DNA of 64,000 nt from an uncultured virus (IMG/VR IMGVR_UViG_3300046170_000325) (taxonomy: Duplodnaviria; Heunggongvirae; Uroviricota; Caudoviricetes), in IMG/VR virus record IMGVR_UViG_3300046170_000325. One strand, given 5' to 3'. This document shows, piece after piece, positions 51,831 to 61,645 of this stretch (positions are counted from its first letter, which is position 1; every line of letters begins with the position of its first letter). A program made the translations under genes and the position numbers. The notes beneath the pieces are model-generated. The model did not search any database. It saw only the letters and a list, made by a program, of their open reading frames with translations, and had not been told where the DNA came from.

Positions 51831-52081
51831 TTTGTTTCTCCAAGATATTTATCTATACAATCATCAAGTAATGGTTTTACAGAGTCATAAGCATACGCAT
51901 AGTTTTTTCTTTCTATACCCTCTTTTGATGTATCTCTTGAATAATAATAAGCATGTAAAAATCTTCTACTAAGTGCATAACACATATTCGGTTCTAATTC
52001 TTGTCTTAATGAATCCTTTGATGCTTCATCAATATCAGTTAATACTTCTTCCGCTAGTTCTACTAATTTAGCTTTGTTCAT
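51827..52081 (-). CDS. Hypothetical protein (MNKAKL start)
   Basis: ORF track; GAGGAG SD; ATGA coupling to the helicase. Confidence 0.55.
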   Translation of the reverse strand: MNKAKLVELAEEVLTDIDEASKDSLRQELEPNMCYALSRRFLHAYYYSRDTSKEGIERKNYAYAYDSVKPLLDDCIDKYLGETK

Positions 52082-53748
52082 AATAATATCTCCTCGTTTT
52101 GTTTTGTTCTGATTCCTATAACATTCTCATACTTGCCCTGCTTTTGTAAGACAATCTCTGCTATGTTTTCAAAGGCACCACTGTTTATTAATTCAGCGGC
52201 CATCCATGGTTGCTTGGGCGATCCCCACTTCTCTGCTATCTTCTTCCACTTACGTACTGCCATGTGGTGTGCTTTGGGATGTCCAAACATCAACGGCATT
52301 TTCTTAGGGAAAAATTCATTCTTAACTGTAAAGATTACTTGACAATACTCACTGCCATTCTGTGACTTGGTTACTGTTGCATAGATGTCAGTGACAGGTT
52401 TGTATCTAGGCTTGGCCTTCTCTCTCTCATCAGATAACACAGCTTGTCTCTCTGCCTTAGTTCTTTTAGCAACTTCTTTTTCTTTCTTAGTCTGTAGTTC
52501 TTCAAACTTTTTAGATCCTTCAAACTCTTGACCACACTCAATACATTTCTTGGCTGAGGGTAAATTAATTGCACTACAGTTAGAACATATCTTAGGATGG
52601 TATCTAGCTGGAGCTGACTGATCAGGTTGTATCTCATCAAGACAACCATGCCTAGCTACATTTTCTCCATAGTCAAGTAGTAGGCAGTTGTCTTTCTCCT
52701 CGTGCAGTCTCATCCCCCTTCCGCACATTTGAACAAACAAGCCAACGCTTTGTGTTGGTCTAAGTAATGCTACGCAGTCAGCTCTTGGAGCATCCCAACC
52801 TTCAGTCAGCACACCCACATTACATATAGCATGTATAGATCCAGCGTTGAATCTTTTTAATACATCTTCTCTTTTATCTTTTGGTGTCTCACCTGTAACG
52901 CATTCAGCTTCGATCCCATAGGTCTTCAAACATTGAGTCATTTTCTCTGCATGTAATACTGATACACAAAAGAATACTGTAGCTGTTCTACCTTTGGTAT
53001 AAGCGTTATCAATCCAGTCATTAATAACCTGTAAGATCGTATCATCGACCATAGCTATTTTTTCTAGTTCGCTTTCCTTAAAGTCTCCATTCTTAAACTT
53101 TAATGCAACAGCTCCTGCATCAATAATGGCATCCTCATTCACAGCATAGGCTGATAACCTACACAAAAATCCATTACGGATCAGCTCAGGTATTGATACT
53201 GAATAAGCTAGTCCTTTAAAGAAATGATCTTTACGATTGCCATAGATATAACCTTGTCCCATACGATATGGTGTGGCAGTACAGCCCATAACCTTCATAG
53301 GATTCCTGTCTGATAGGGTTGTTATAATCTTTTTGTATCTAGTATGAGAGCTTGGCGGTACGTTATGTGCTTCATCTATGATCATGTAATCAAAGCTACC
53401 GACAGCATCTAATCTCTTGGGTGATGCTAGGGTATCTCTACTTGCTATAAGGATCTGTGAATCTATCTCAAAGCGTTTCATTCCTGCTGCCAATACACCC
53501 ACTGGAGCATCGGGCCATACAGTTTTAAGTTTAGTCTCTGCTTGTTCTACTAATTCTTTTCTATGAGCCATAACCAAGAACCTAGCTGTAGGATCTTTGG
53601 CTAGTATCTCTTTAATAAAATGAGAAAAGATAATGGTCTTACCAGCAGCCGTTGGCAGTACGATCAAAGCATGATCCTCTGCTGGACGATTGGCAAACCA
53701 ATGGTGTAGGGAATCTATTGCATCCCTTTGGTAGTATCTAAGTTTCAA
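52078..53748 (-). CDS. Superfamily 2 DEAH helicase (RadD/YejH-like) with Zn ribbon
   Basis: LRYYQ, PTAAGKT, IDEAH, TATPYR, LTEGWD, QMCGRGMR, CSNC...CIEC. Confidence 0.9.
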   Translation of the reverse strand: MKLRYYQRDAIDSLHHWFANRPAEDHALIVLPTAAGKTIIFSHFIKEILAKDPTARFLVMAHRKELVEQAETKLKTVWPDAPVGVLAAGMKRFEIDSQILIASRDTLASPKRLDAVGSFDYMIIDEAHNVPPSSHTRYKKIITTLSDRNPMKVMGCTATPYRMGQGYIYGNRKDHFFKGLAYSVSIPELIRNGFLCRLSAYAVNEDAIIDAGAVALKFKNGDFKESELEKIAMVDDTILQVINDWIDNAYTKGRTATVFFCVSVLHAEKMTQCLKTYGIEAECVTGETPKDKREDVLKRFNAGSIHAICNVGVLTEGWDAPRADCVALLRPTQSVGLFVQMCGRGMRLHEEKDNCLLLDYGENVARHGCLDEIQPDQSAPARYHPKICSNCSAINLPSAKKCIECGQEFEGSKKFEELQTKKEKEVAKRTKAERQAVLSDEREKAKPRYKPVTDIYATVTKSQNGSEYCQVIFTVKNEFFPKKMPLMFGHPKAHHMAVRKWKKIAEKWGSPKQPWMAAELINSGAFENIAEIVLQKQGKYENVIGIRTKQNEEILL

Positions 53749-54032
53749 TGTAGTATTTTTATTTCTTCTACAGGATCTTCTGATCCTGGTTTTTCAAATC
53801 CTAGTATGTCCATGTGGTCTTGTACCATACTTAGTATTAACTCTAAGGCTTCTTTTTGTGTGAAAGAAAACTTAAAGGTAAGATCAACAGCAAATCTTGT
53901 TAGTGTAATGATTGCTGATCGTGAGTCTAATTCTTTCATTGACCAACCATCAACACATTGCTGCACGTCATCAATAACTGTGTCGCAAGTTTTACTGTCT
54001 AAATATTCTATAAATTTTTCTTTGTCTATCAT
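53745..54032 (-). CDS. Hypothetical protein
   Basis: ORF track; overlaps neighbours in the operon. Confidence 0.55.
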   Translation of the reverse strand: MIDKEKFIEYLDSKTCDTVIDDVQQCVDGWSMKELDSRSAIITLTRFAVDLTFKFSFTQKEALELILSMVQDHMDILGFEKPGSEDPVEEIKILH

Positions 54033-54183
54033 CTTTAGTATCCACGTTTAATAATGTTAATTTAGCTTCCTTTACTACAGTATCTAACCCAGAGGGTAGG
54101 CTGTCAAAGTTTTGATCTAAAGAATCTAATAGTGATGTCATTGATTCTACTAAAGCATTCGCTTCTCTTTTATCTATTGCCAT
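53992..54183 (-). CDS. Hypothetical protein
   Basis: GGAG SD; operon context. Confidence 0.55.
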   Translation of the reverse strand: MAIDKREANALVESMTSLLDSLDQNFDSLPSGLDTVVKEAKLTLLNVDTKDDRQRKIYRIFRQ

Positions 54184-54295
54184 TTATATTTCTCCAAAAA
54201 TACATTAGGGTATACAATAACCCTAGGTGCGAGGAGTAGTCTTGGTATTAAGACTACTCACTCGAGTTATTTATTTACTCTCTCTGGTAAATAAA

Positions 54296-54796
54296 TTATT
54301 TGTCCCAATCGAAATCATCGTCATCTGACTTTGATTCTTCTTTAGGACTTTGCGAAGGAACTGACTTACTGCTTGTCTCAACTGCAAGAAACTTAGCAAT
54401 CTTGTTCTTGTCGTCCCACTTCGTTCCGTCTCCCTTATCTCTACCAACTTCAACACTGACCTTGGCTTTGAAAGGAATGTTCAACATGCTCTCTAACTGT
54501 TCAAGACCAAAGGCATCAACATCAGCTTCCATGCCCATGGATCTTCTCCAGTCTCTTATTCTGCTGATAGATACGTTTAACCCAGCTCCTTCGAGCATGA
54601 ATGTTTCCCATATCTTACGACCTGAATGAGTAGGGCCTGTCACATCAAAGGTAATTGATAAGTATCTATCACCCTTAGCACTAGTTTTATTCTCCCATCC
54701 AGTAGCTACAAATTCGTAGTCACCGACTGGCATAAGATCAAACGATCCACCTGTATCCTCGACATCAGTCAAGTTTAAATTAAAATCATCAGACAT
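54296..54796 (-). CDS. DUF669-family ssDNA-binding-like protein
   Basis: MPVGDY, YLSITFDV, GRKIWE, NKI; acidic C-terminal tail DDDDFDWDK. Confidence 0.75.
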   Translation of the reverse strand: MSDDFNLNLTDVEDTGGSFDLMPVGDYEFVATGWENKTSAKGDRYLSITFDVTGPTHSGRKIWETFMLEGAGLNVSISRIRDWRRSMGMEADVDAFGLEQLESMLNIPFKAKVSVEVGRDKGDGTKWDDKNKIAKFLAVETSSKSVPSQSPKEESKSDDDDFDWDK

Positions 54797-54797
54797 A

Positions 54798-55556
54798 TTA
54801 TTCTCCTTTTTTAGATTTTAAAGATTCTTTAAATGCAGACATGAACGCTGTCCAATCAAGATCCAAGGGAGCATTCCCTAAATCAACTCGACTCTTGGCA
54901 TCAAATGCTGCGGTGTATTTATGAAACAACTTACGCTTGCCGTATGACACAGCCCTAGTTGTTTCCTTGAAACCCTGTCCACTAGTACGAGTTGATACCT
55001 CGTAGTTTGCAAACAGGTTGAAGTCTACCCACTCACGTATCATTGCTGATACTTTCTTATGAGTAGCCATCTCCCAACGATCATAGGGCTCACGCTCTGG
55101 ATCATTAAAAGTTCTTATGCCTACATGAGATAGTAAGATGATGTGCATCTTCTTCTTTTGTAGGGCATCAAACATTCTTAGTAGTCTGCCGAATAACTCA
55201 GCAGATTCTGTAAAACCTTTTCCATATCCCATGGACTCAATAGATTTCTGACCATGAATCTGACATACCTTTTGCTGTACTAATTTCTCAGCCCAGTCAG
55301 TTGTATCAAAGACCACTGTCTTGTAGTCATGATCTTCTTCATACAAAGTTTTGATTTGTATTAGTATGTCGTCATAACTTTCACACAAAGGAAAGGATGC
55401 TGTATCTATATAGTTAGTACCAGCTTCTGTCTTAATAAAGATAGGATTAGGTGCTTGACTAGCAAAGGTAGTCTTACCTATGCCATCGGTACCAGATAGG
55501 TTTATCTTTATAGAAGGGATCTGTATTCCCGTAGTCACGCTATTCAATAGACTCAT
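54798..55556 (-). CDS. AAA_24 / Sak4-like ATPase (recombination)
   Basis: GTDGIGKTTFA, TVVFDTTDW, GYGKG, LLSH, EWVDFNLFANY, AKSR; start moved to ATG 55556. Confidence 0.85.
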   Translation of the reverse strand: MSLLNSVTTGIQIPSIKINLSGTDGIGKTTFASQAPNPIFIKTEAGTNYIDTASFPLCESYDDILIQIKTLYEEDHDYKTVVFDTTDWAEKLVQQKVCQIHGQKSIESMGYGKGFTESAELFGRLLRMFDALQKKKMHIILLSHVGIRTFNDPEREPYDRWEMATHKKVSAMIREWVDFNLFANYEVSTRTSGQGFKETTRAVSYGKRKLFHKYTAAFDAKSRVDLGNAPLDLDWTAFMSAFKESLKSKKGE

Positions 55557-55740
55557 ACTTGTCGACCTCCAAATCATTCATAGAAATTAAACCTTGAGAA
55601 GTCATTTCATCTGCAACTGTTTCTACATCATCTATGATAGTTAATATTTTATTAACCCAAGCAGAATGTAAACCAGGTGCTACCTCTCTTTTAATCGTAT
55701 CTTTAATTTGCATTATGACTGCACTGTAATGTATGTTCAT
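55540..55740 (-). CDS. Hypothetical protein
   Basis: ORF track; ATGA coupling. Confidence 0.5.
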   Translation of the reverse strand: MNIHYSAVIMQIKDTIKREVAPGLHSAWVNKILTIIDDVETVADEMTSQGLISMNDLEVDKYESIE

Positions 55741-55937
55741 TTTGACACCCCCTCTATATGTCTTTTGTTATCTTGAAAATCAAAGTTTGTATGAAAAAGA
55801 TATTTATCTGTAGAATTATTTTCCCAAACAGATACAAAATCTTCTGCACAATTAGGTGAGTGCTCAACATAAATAGTTAAGCTACCCGTTTCAATGTAAG
55901 TAGAATACTTACTTCGTTTATCTATTTTAATAGCCAT
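55737..55937 (-). CDS. Hypothetical protein
   Basis: ORF track; TAATG coupling. Confidence 0.5.
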   Translation of the reverse strand: MAIKIDKRSKYSTYIETGSLTIYVEHSPNCAEDFVSVWENNSTDKYLFHTNFDFQDNKRHIEGVSK

Positions 55938-56392
55938 TACTCAGCTCCTTTTAATGGATCAACGAACTGGATGTATGGTCGTTCATTAATCTTGGTTTGT
56001 AATCCTTCTTGAAACTTATCAAAGATGTCTTGATGATTTGCTTCTATCATTTTAGATAGAGCAGCATCTTCTTTGTATACAGTTGTGAAAGGAAATAGAT
56101 CTTCAGGTATCTCGTCTTTTACTTTAGATAAAAAACTCTGATCCCATGATCTTGTTATTTTATAATTAACTCGTAAGTCTTTTGGTATGACACCATTAAG
56201 ATGTACCCGAGTAGATCCGCCAGTGTTAGAAAGTCTGTTGACTTGCTTATGCACATCGGGATGTTTGGTGATTGCAAAATCAAGCTGTGCACTTTGTTCT
56301 TTTAGTTCAGCTTGTTTTGCTAGATTCTTTTTCTTCTCCATCAAAAGTTGAGGTAGAGATAGCGTAGAATAGTCTTTCATATAAGGCTCCAT
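55937..56392 (-). CDS. Phage hypothetical protein, first gene of the leftward recombination operon
   Basis: Directly downstream of the leftward promoter. Confidence 0.6.
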   Translation of the reverse strand: MEPYMKDYSTLSLPQLLMEKKKNLAKQAELKEQSAQLDFAITKHPDVHKQVNRLSNTGGSTRVHLNGVIPKDLRVNYKITRSWDQSFLSKVKDEIPEDLFPFTTVYKEDAALSKMIEANHQDIFDKFQEGLQTKINERPYIQFVDPLKGAE

Positions 56393-56410
56393 TTTTTAAA
56401 TACAAGATAG

Positions 56411-56438
56411 ATGATACGCCTATGAAAAATATTGTCAA
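56411..56438 (-). promoter_or_regulatory. Leftward sigma70-type promoter
   Basis: Minus strand TTGACA-16 bp-TATCAT. Confidence 0.7.
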
Positions 56439-56457
56439 CACTTTTGTAATAAAATTC

Positions 56458-56487
56458 TTTACTTATTGTAAAGAGCAATGTTAAGAT
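56458..56487 (+). promoter_or_regulatory. Rightward promoter with extended -10
   Basis: TTTACT-18 bp-TAAGAT preceded by TGn; divergent from the leftward promoter. Confidence 0.45.
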
Positions 56488-56588
56488 GATATTTGGTATG
56501 AGTTAATGAAGTTATATATCAAATATAAAACTCCTTACTCAACCCCCTATAAGAGCATTAACTTATACCATTCTATATAAGGAGAACT

Positions 56589-56786
56589 ATGGAACTTAAA
56601 GACTACATTGTTAAAAGAGGTGAAGATAAGTTAGCCAAAGACTTAGGTGTATCTATTGATACTGTTAGATCTTGGCGATACGGAACCAGGCAACCCTCAG
56701 TCAATCAAGCTAAGAAACTTATTAAGATGACAGGCTATGCTTTAGGTTGGGAAAACATTTATGGATCAGTAGACGAATGCCAATAG
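56589..56786 (+). CDS. Cro/XRE-like helix-turn-helix regulator
   Basis: KLAKDLGVSIDTVRSWRYGTRQP; TAAGGAG SD. Confidence 0.8.
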   Translation: MELKDYIVKRGEDKLAKDLGVSIDTVRSWRYGTRQPSVNQAKKLIKMTGYALGWENIYGSVDECQ

Positions 56787-58777
56787 AAATAAAACCAAAC
56801 ACAGTCGGACAAGACATAGCCAATGATGAGCGTAAAGATATGCTTATGTCATATCATGAAAATAATTTTCATCTAATACCATGCGGATCTACAAACGACA
56901 TCATACCTGAATACTTTAAAAGCAGACATCCTTTTGAAGACGATATGGTTTTACAAAAGCGTTGGTCAAAAACACCAAGAGTAAAATGGGCTGACTATAT
57001 AGAGAAGCAACCTACTCTTAATGAAGTCAAGCAATGGTATCTACAATTTAAAGATTGCAACTGGGCCGCTATCACAGGCGTAACATTTGTAGTGCTAGAT
57101 GCAGACACCCAAGAAGCATGTGATTTTTGTGAGTCAGGTCAGATAACAAGAACAATGTTAAAACAAAAGACACCTCGCGGTGGCTATCATTACTTCTATG
57201 CAATCAATGATGATCTAAAGATAAGAAACACTACAGGTAAATTAGATATAAGAGGAGAGGGTGGCTATGTCATGGTCAGTCCTTCTGTTAATTACCAGTT
57301 CGAGGTAGTTGAAGGAGCTGTCGTAGATTCACTTGATGATTTACCTACTCTTAATAGTCAAGACATGAATATTATCTATGACTATAACAACACAGGTAAG
57401 ATCAACACAGAAAGTAAAACACCACTAACAACAGATGGTGTGCAAACAGGAATGCGAAACGACACCCTTGCTAGGCTAGTAGGTAAATGGATACTAGAGG
57501 GTTGGGGCATGAGAGAAGTTGTAATCAAAGCATTGGATTGGAATCAAACAAACAACCCACCTATGAGTGTGCAAGAAGTATTAAATACAACTCAAAGCAT
57601 TTGTGCTGGACACTTGAAAAGAAATCCTGAAGACGAGACAGGCATACAGAAATGGAATACAAGTCAGTGGCAGATACAATTAACAGATGATCTCAAGGAG
57701 ATTATGGATCAAGAAGATCCTATAGTAAAAGCAAAGGATGATATACAAAGCGATCCTCTTGGACTCAAATCATTTAACGATCCCTTTTGGGATTCAATGG
57801 ACAGCAGTAGGATTGAGCAGTATTGGGGAGATGCTTTTGTCTTTGAACAATCCAGAGTCTTACTGCTAGGTAAACCAAAGATAGGTAAGTCGCATTGGCT
57901 AGGAGCATTCGCGGCAGCAGCTACTACAGGCACAGACTTTATGGGTATGAGTTTCTCAAGACCTATCAAAGTAATGTGGCTACAAGCAGAGATCATTCAT
58001 GAGTTCTTAAAGAAAAGAATTGAGATGTATTATCAACCCTATCATCATGATCCTGAACTATACAACTTAGGTAAGTCAAACCTTATAGCATCTGGTAGAT
58101 TAAGAAAGAACATCATGAGGGACAGCGACATAGATGCTATCGCAGAGAGTATAGAGTTTCATAAACCAGACTTGGTAATGATAGATCCTATTATTAATTT
58201 CTTTAGTGGAGAAGAGAACTCCAACTCAGAAATACATGAGATGCTATCGAGGATAGATAAACTTATTGAACTATATAAAGTAGCAGTGATCATTGCTCAC
58301 CATACTGGTAAAGAAAGGGCAGATGATTTGTCGTTCATGTCAGCTAGGGGTGGTAGTGCTTTCGCTGGGTGGATGGATTCAGGTGTCAAGCTGTCAGGTA
58401 AGAAACCAAACATAACATTATTCTATGAAGCTCGTAATGCAAGAGAACCTGATCAGCATCTAGCATACTTTGATTTTGAAAAAGGATACTTCAAGGTAGT
58501 AGATGCACAAGACAGTCCTGATGAGGTAGAGATTGCAAGAGTAGTAGCATCAGGTATGAGCAAACAAAAGTTTTATACAAGACAAGAACTAGAACTATTA
58601 GCAAGAGAAACTCTTAAAGAAAATGAGATGGCATCAGGAGAGAGGGCCGCTCGTTATGCAGTGAGTTATGTGCAGAAGTATCTAGGCGAAAGAGTAAAGA
58701 ATCATAACGTACCTGGTAAGAATACTTGGTATTATTTAGCAGACAATGAAATGAAACGACCTTGGAAAGATGATTAA
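56777..58777 (+). CDS. Bifunctional primase-polymerase plus PriCT plus AAA_25 helicase
   Basis: VVLDAD, TPRGGYHYFY, LDIRGEGGYV, GMRNDTL, GKPKIGKS, VMIDP, IAHHTGK, ARGGSA. Confidence 0.88.
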   Translation: MPIEIKPNTVGQDIANDERKDMLMSYHENNFHLIPCGSTNDIIPEYFKSRHPFEDDMVLQKRWSKTPRVKWADYIEKQPTLNEVKQWYLQFKDCNWAAITGVTFVVLDADTQEACDFCESGQITRTMLKQKTPRGGYHYFYAINDDLKIRNTTGKLDIRGEGGYVMVSPSVNYQFEVVEGAVVDSLDDLPTLNSQDMNIIYDYNNTGKINTESKTPLTTDGVQTGMRNDTLARLVGKWILEGWGMREVVIKALDWNQTNNPPMSVQEVLNTTQSICAGHLKRNPEDETGIQKWNTSQWQIQLTDDLKEIMDQEDPIVKAKDDIQSDPLGLKSFNDPFWDSMDSSRIEQYWGDAFVFEQSRVLLLGKPKIGKSHWLGAFAAAATTGTDFMGMSFSRPIKVMWLQAEIIHEFLKKRIEMYYQPYHHDPELYNLGKSNLIASGRLRKNIMRDSDIDAIAESIEFHKPDLVMIDPIINFFSGEENSNSEIHEMLSRIDKLIELYKVAVIIAHHTGKERADDLSFMSARGGSAFAGWMDSGVKLSGKKPNITLFYEARNAREPDQHLAYFDFEKGYFKVVDAQDSPDEVEIARVVASGMSKQKFYTRQELELLARETLKENEMASGERAARYAVSYVQKYLGERVKNHNVPGKNTWYYLADNEMKRPWKDD

Positions 58778-58988
58778 GATAGATAAGGAATCATTAAATG
58801 AAGCTATGAATGATGTCAGCATAGGATTGATTATGTCCTTTCCGATCAGCTTTGGTTTGCTTAGTCTGTGTAAATACTTAGAGGTAAGTCTTGTAGCTAC
58901 ATCATTGATTCAAGTGGCAGTCTTTACATGCATAGCTATAGTCAGGAAGTATATGGTAAGAGTTTATTATAAGAGAAGAGAGAGATGA
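58770..58988 (+). CDS. Small two-transmembrane protein
   Basis: ESLNEAMNDVSIG...FTCIAIVRKYMVR. Confidence 0.55.
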   Translation: MIKIDKESLNEAMNDVSIGLIMSFPISFGLLSLCKYLEVSLVATSLIQVAVFTCIAIVRKYMVRVYYKRRER

Positions 58989-59972
58989 AGATAGATATAT
59001 ACGCTGGTGATTGCATAAGATCCTTAAAGAATATGCCAGAACAAAGCGTTCATACCTGTGTAACAAGCCCACCTTACTATGGCCTTAGAGATTATGGTGT
59101 AGAAGGACAGCTTGGTTTAGAGCAAACACCAAAGGAATTTGTAGATAACCTGGTCAATGTATTCAAAGAAGTAAAGCGTGTCCTTCGTGATGATGGCACA
59201 GTATGGTTAAACATAGGCGATAGTTACGGAGCTCAGAACGGCAAAGGATTTAATACTAATGCAATTTCAGGATCAACAAATAGATCAACAGAGATGCAAA
59301 AGAAGTACGGAAACATATCAAGTCATAGCACTATGAAGGAAAGAACAGGACTACCGCCTAAAAGTCTTATCGGCATACCTTGGCGTGTAGCCTTTGCCAT
59401 GCAAGATGATGGTTGGATACTAAGGCAAGACATAATATGGCACAAGCCTAACCCAATGCCAGAGAGTGTAAGAGATAGATGCACTAAGGCACATGAGTAT
59501 ATATTCTTATTCAGTAAGAGTAAGAAGTATTACTATGACAACGAAGCGATCAAAGAAGATTCAGTAACAGTCAACTCCAAAGGAGAAAGAGGTAAGCCTA
59601 ACAGTGCAAAGAATGTAGGTAAGTCAACAGAAGATGTAGATGGGTTTGATGTAAGAGGTGGCTTCAAGAATATGAAAGCACAACCTAAGAAAAATAAAAG
59701 ATCAGTATGGACTGTAGCAACTAAGCCCTACAAGGAAGCTCACTTTGCAACCTTCCCACCTAAACTCATAGAGCCGTGTGTATTAGCTGGTTGTCCTGAA
59801 GGTGGCACAGTGTTAGATCCCTTTGGCGGTAGCGGAACAACAGCAGAGGTATCGAATGCTCATAGCTAGAGACACAGTTTTATGTGAGCTTAGTGATGAT
59901 TACATAGAGATAGCAGTTAAGAGATTGTCTGGTATGTTTGCAGATATAAATATAATCAAGGAGAATTTATGA
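58985..59972 (+). pseudogene. Beta-class N4/N6 DNA methyltransferase with a +1 frameshift near 59867
   Basis: TSPPYY, HFATFP, VLDPFGGSGTT. TAG at 59867-69, while the +1 frame continues RDTVLCELSDDYIEIAVKRL to TGA 59970-72. Confidence 0.8.
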
Positions 59973-61267
59973 ATGTATTAAGTTTATTTGACGGCATGAG
60001 CTGTGGTCGTATTGCTTTGGATCAATTAGAAATCAAGGTAGACAACTACTATGCCTGTGAAATAGATAAGTATGCAATGCAAGTAAGCCAAGCAAACTAT
60101 CCTGAGATCATACAGCTTGGAGATGTTTGTGATGTTAAGTCAGAGGATCTTCCAAAGATAGATCTTATTCTTGCTGGTAGTCCATGCCAAGGATTTAGTT
60201 TCGCGGGTAAGCAACTCGCCTTTGATGATCCAAGGTCAGCATTGTTCTTCGAGTTCATTAGACTATTAAAAGAATGTAAGCCAAAGTATTTCTTACTAGA
60301 GAATGTAAGAATGAAGAAAGAATACCTACAAGTAATCAGCGAACAGGTGTCAGGATGTTATCCAGAGATACCCTTTGGTATCGAGCCGACTATGATATGT
60401 AGCAGTCTTGTTTCTGCCCAGTCAAGGAAGAGATATTACTGGACGAACATACCCAATGTCACCCAACCTAAGCAAAAAGGCATAGTTTTGAGGGACATAT
60501 TGGAGACGAGAGTTAATCAAGATAGATTATCGGACATGACTAACCAAGATAATAAAGCCTACTGCCTAACAACAACCTATCCTTGTGCTAGACCTCAAAG
60601 AAGTATGGATAAATCTGAGAAGAGTATGATTCCTGTTGAAGATACTGTTCCTGATTCAACGACACTTATATATGACAGTAAAGATAAATCACACAAACCT
60701 AAATTGGTAGGTAGAGATAATACGCCTGGACATGACATATTAAAAAGAATTTACAGTGAAGATGGTAAGTCACCAACAATAACAGCCCATGCAGGAAAAG
60801 GAACAGTACCAAAAATAGAAACCAAGCCCATACAAGTAGGCATAGCAACAGACATCAACGGACATGACATACTTAAGAGAGTCTATAGCGAAGATGGTAA
60901 GTCGCCTACTGTTAATACCTGTCAAGGTGGCAACAGAGAACCCAAGGTATTGGCGGGAGCTTATCGAGCAAGATCAATAGACAAGGACGGCAACAGAGTA
61001 TCCTGGAAAGAAGTAAAGCCTAAGCAGATGTTGGAGCTGAGAAGAGATGAGAAGTCAAACACAGTGACATCAGTACAAAAAGATAATGTCCTAACCCAAG
61101 ACGAAGTCTACTGGCGTAAGCTAACACCTCTGGAATGCGAGAGGTTGCAGACAGTACCCGACAACTATACAAATCATGTCAGTAATTCTCAGCGTTTTAA
61201 AATGTTAGGCAATGGTTGGACGATTGAAGTAATCAAACATATATTTAAAAACATGGAGAGACAATGA
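59969..61267 (+). CDS. C5 cytosine DNA methyltransferase with a long, internally repeated variable region
   Basis: SLFDGMSCG, GSPCQGFS, LLENV, QSRKRYYW, RKLTPLECERLQ, LGNGW. Confidence 0.92.
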   Translation: MNVLSLFDGMSCGRIALDQLEIKVDNYYACEIDKYAMQVSQANYPEIIQLGDVCDVKSEDLPKIDLILAGSPCQGFSFAGKQLAFDDPRSALFFEFIRLLKECKPKYFLLENVRMKKEYLQVISEQVSGCYPEIPFGIEPTMICSSLVSAQSRKRYYWTNIPNVTQPKQKGIVLRDILETRVNQDRLSDMTNQDNKAYCLTTTYPCARPQRSMDKSEKSMIPVEDTVPDSTTLIYDSKDKSHKPKLVGRDNTPGHDILKRIYSEDGKSPTITAHAGKGTVPKIETKPIQVGIATDINGHDILKRVYSEDGKSPTVNTCQGGNREPKVLAGAYRARSIDKDGNRVSWKEVKPKQMLELRRDEKSNTVTSVQKDNVLTQDEVYWRKLTPLECERLQTVPDNYTNHVSNSQRFKMLGNGWTIEVIKHIFKNMERQ

Positions 61268-61431
61268 CTGAATGGCATGGTGGAAAAGGTAGTCGTGATC
61301 GTACTAGAGATCGTGATAAATTTAATGAGAACTTTGATAGAATCTTTGGTAAGAATAGAGATAAAGGAGAGAAAAAGAAACAAATGTCCCATAATAAAAA
61401 TGATCCTGGTTGTACAAAAAATATACAAAAA

Positions 61432-61645
61432 CGTACGTGCAATGGAGAAATGGCGAATTGCACACCCCCCTCTGAAAGGTGCATTCCTATGCGATTTAGG
61501 TGTCTGTGCGGTTGTGCAGTTGCACATGCCTGCACATACGCACATGCACCTCTGAAAGCCCTAGTTTTACTGGTACGTGCGGTTGTGCGTACGTGCATCT
61601 CTATAGAGAACTATAGAAAGGTGTGTATTAACATACACCTTTACT
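61432..61645. repeat. GTGC/GCAC-rich nested repeat region with a terminal hairpin (origin or packaging-site candidate)
   Basis: CGTACGTGCA x2, GTGCGGTTGTGC x2, CCTCTGAAAG x2, GCACAT x3; stem 61617-26/61633-42. Confidence 0.6.
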
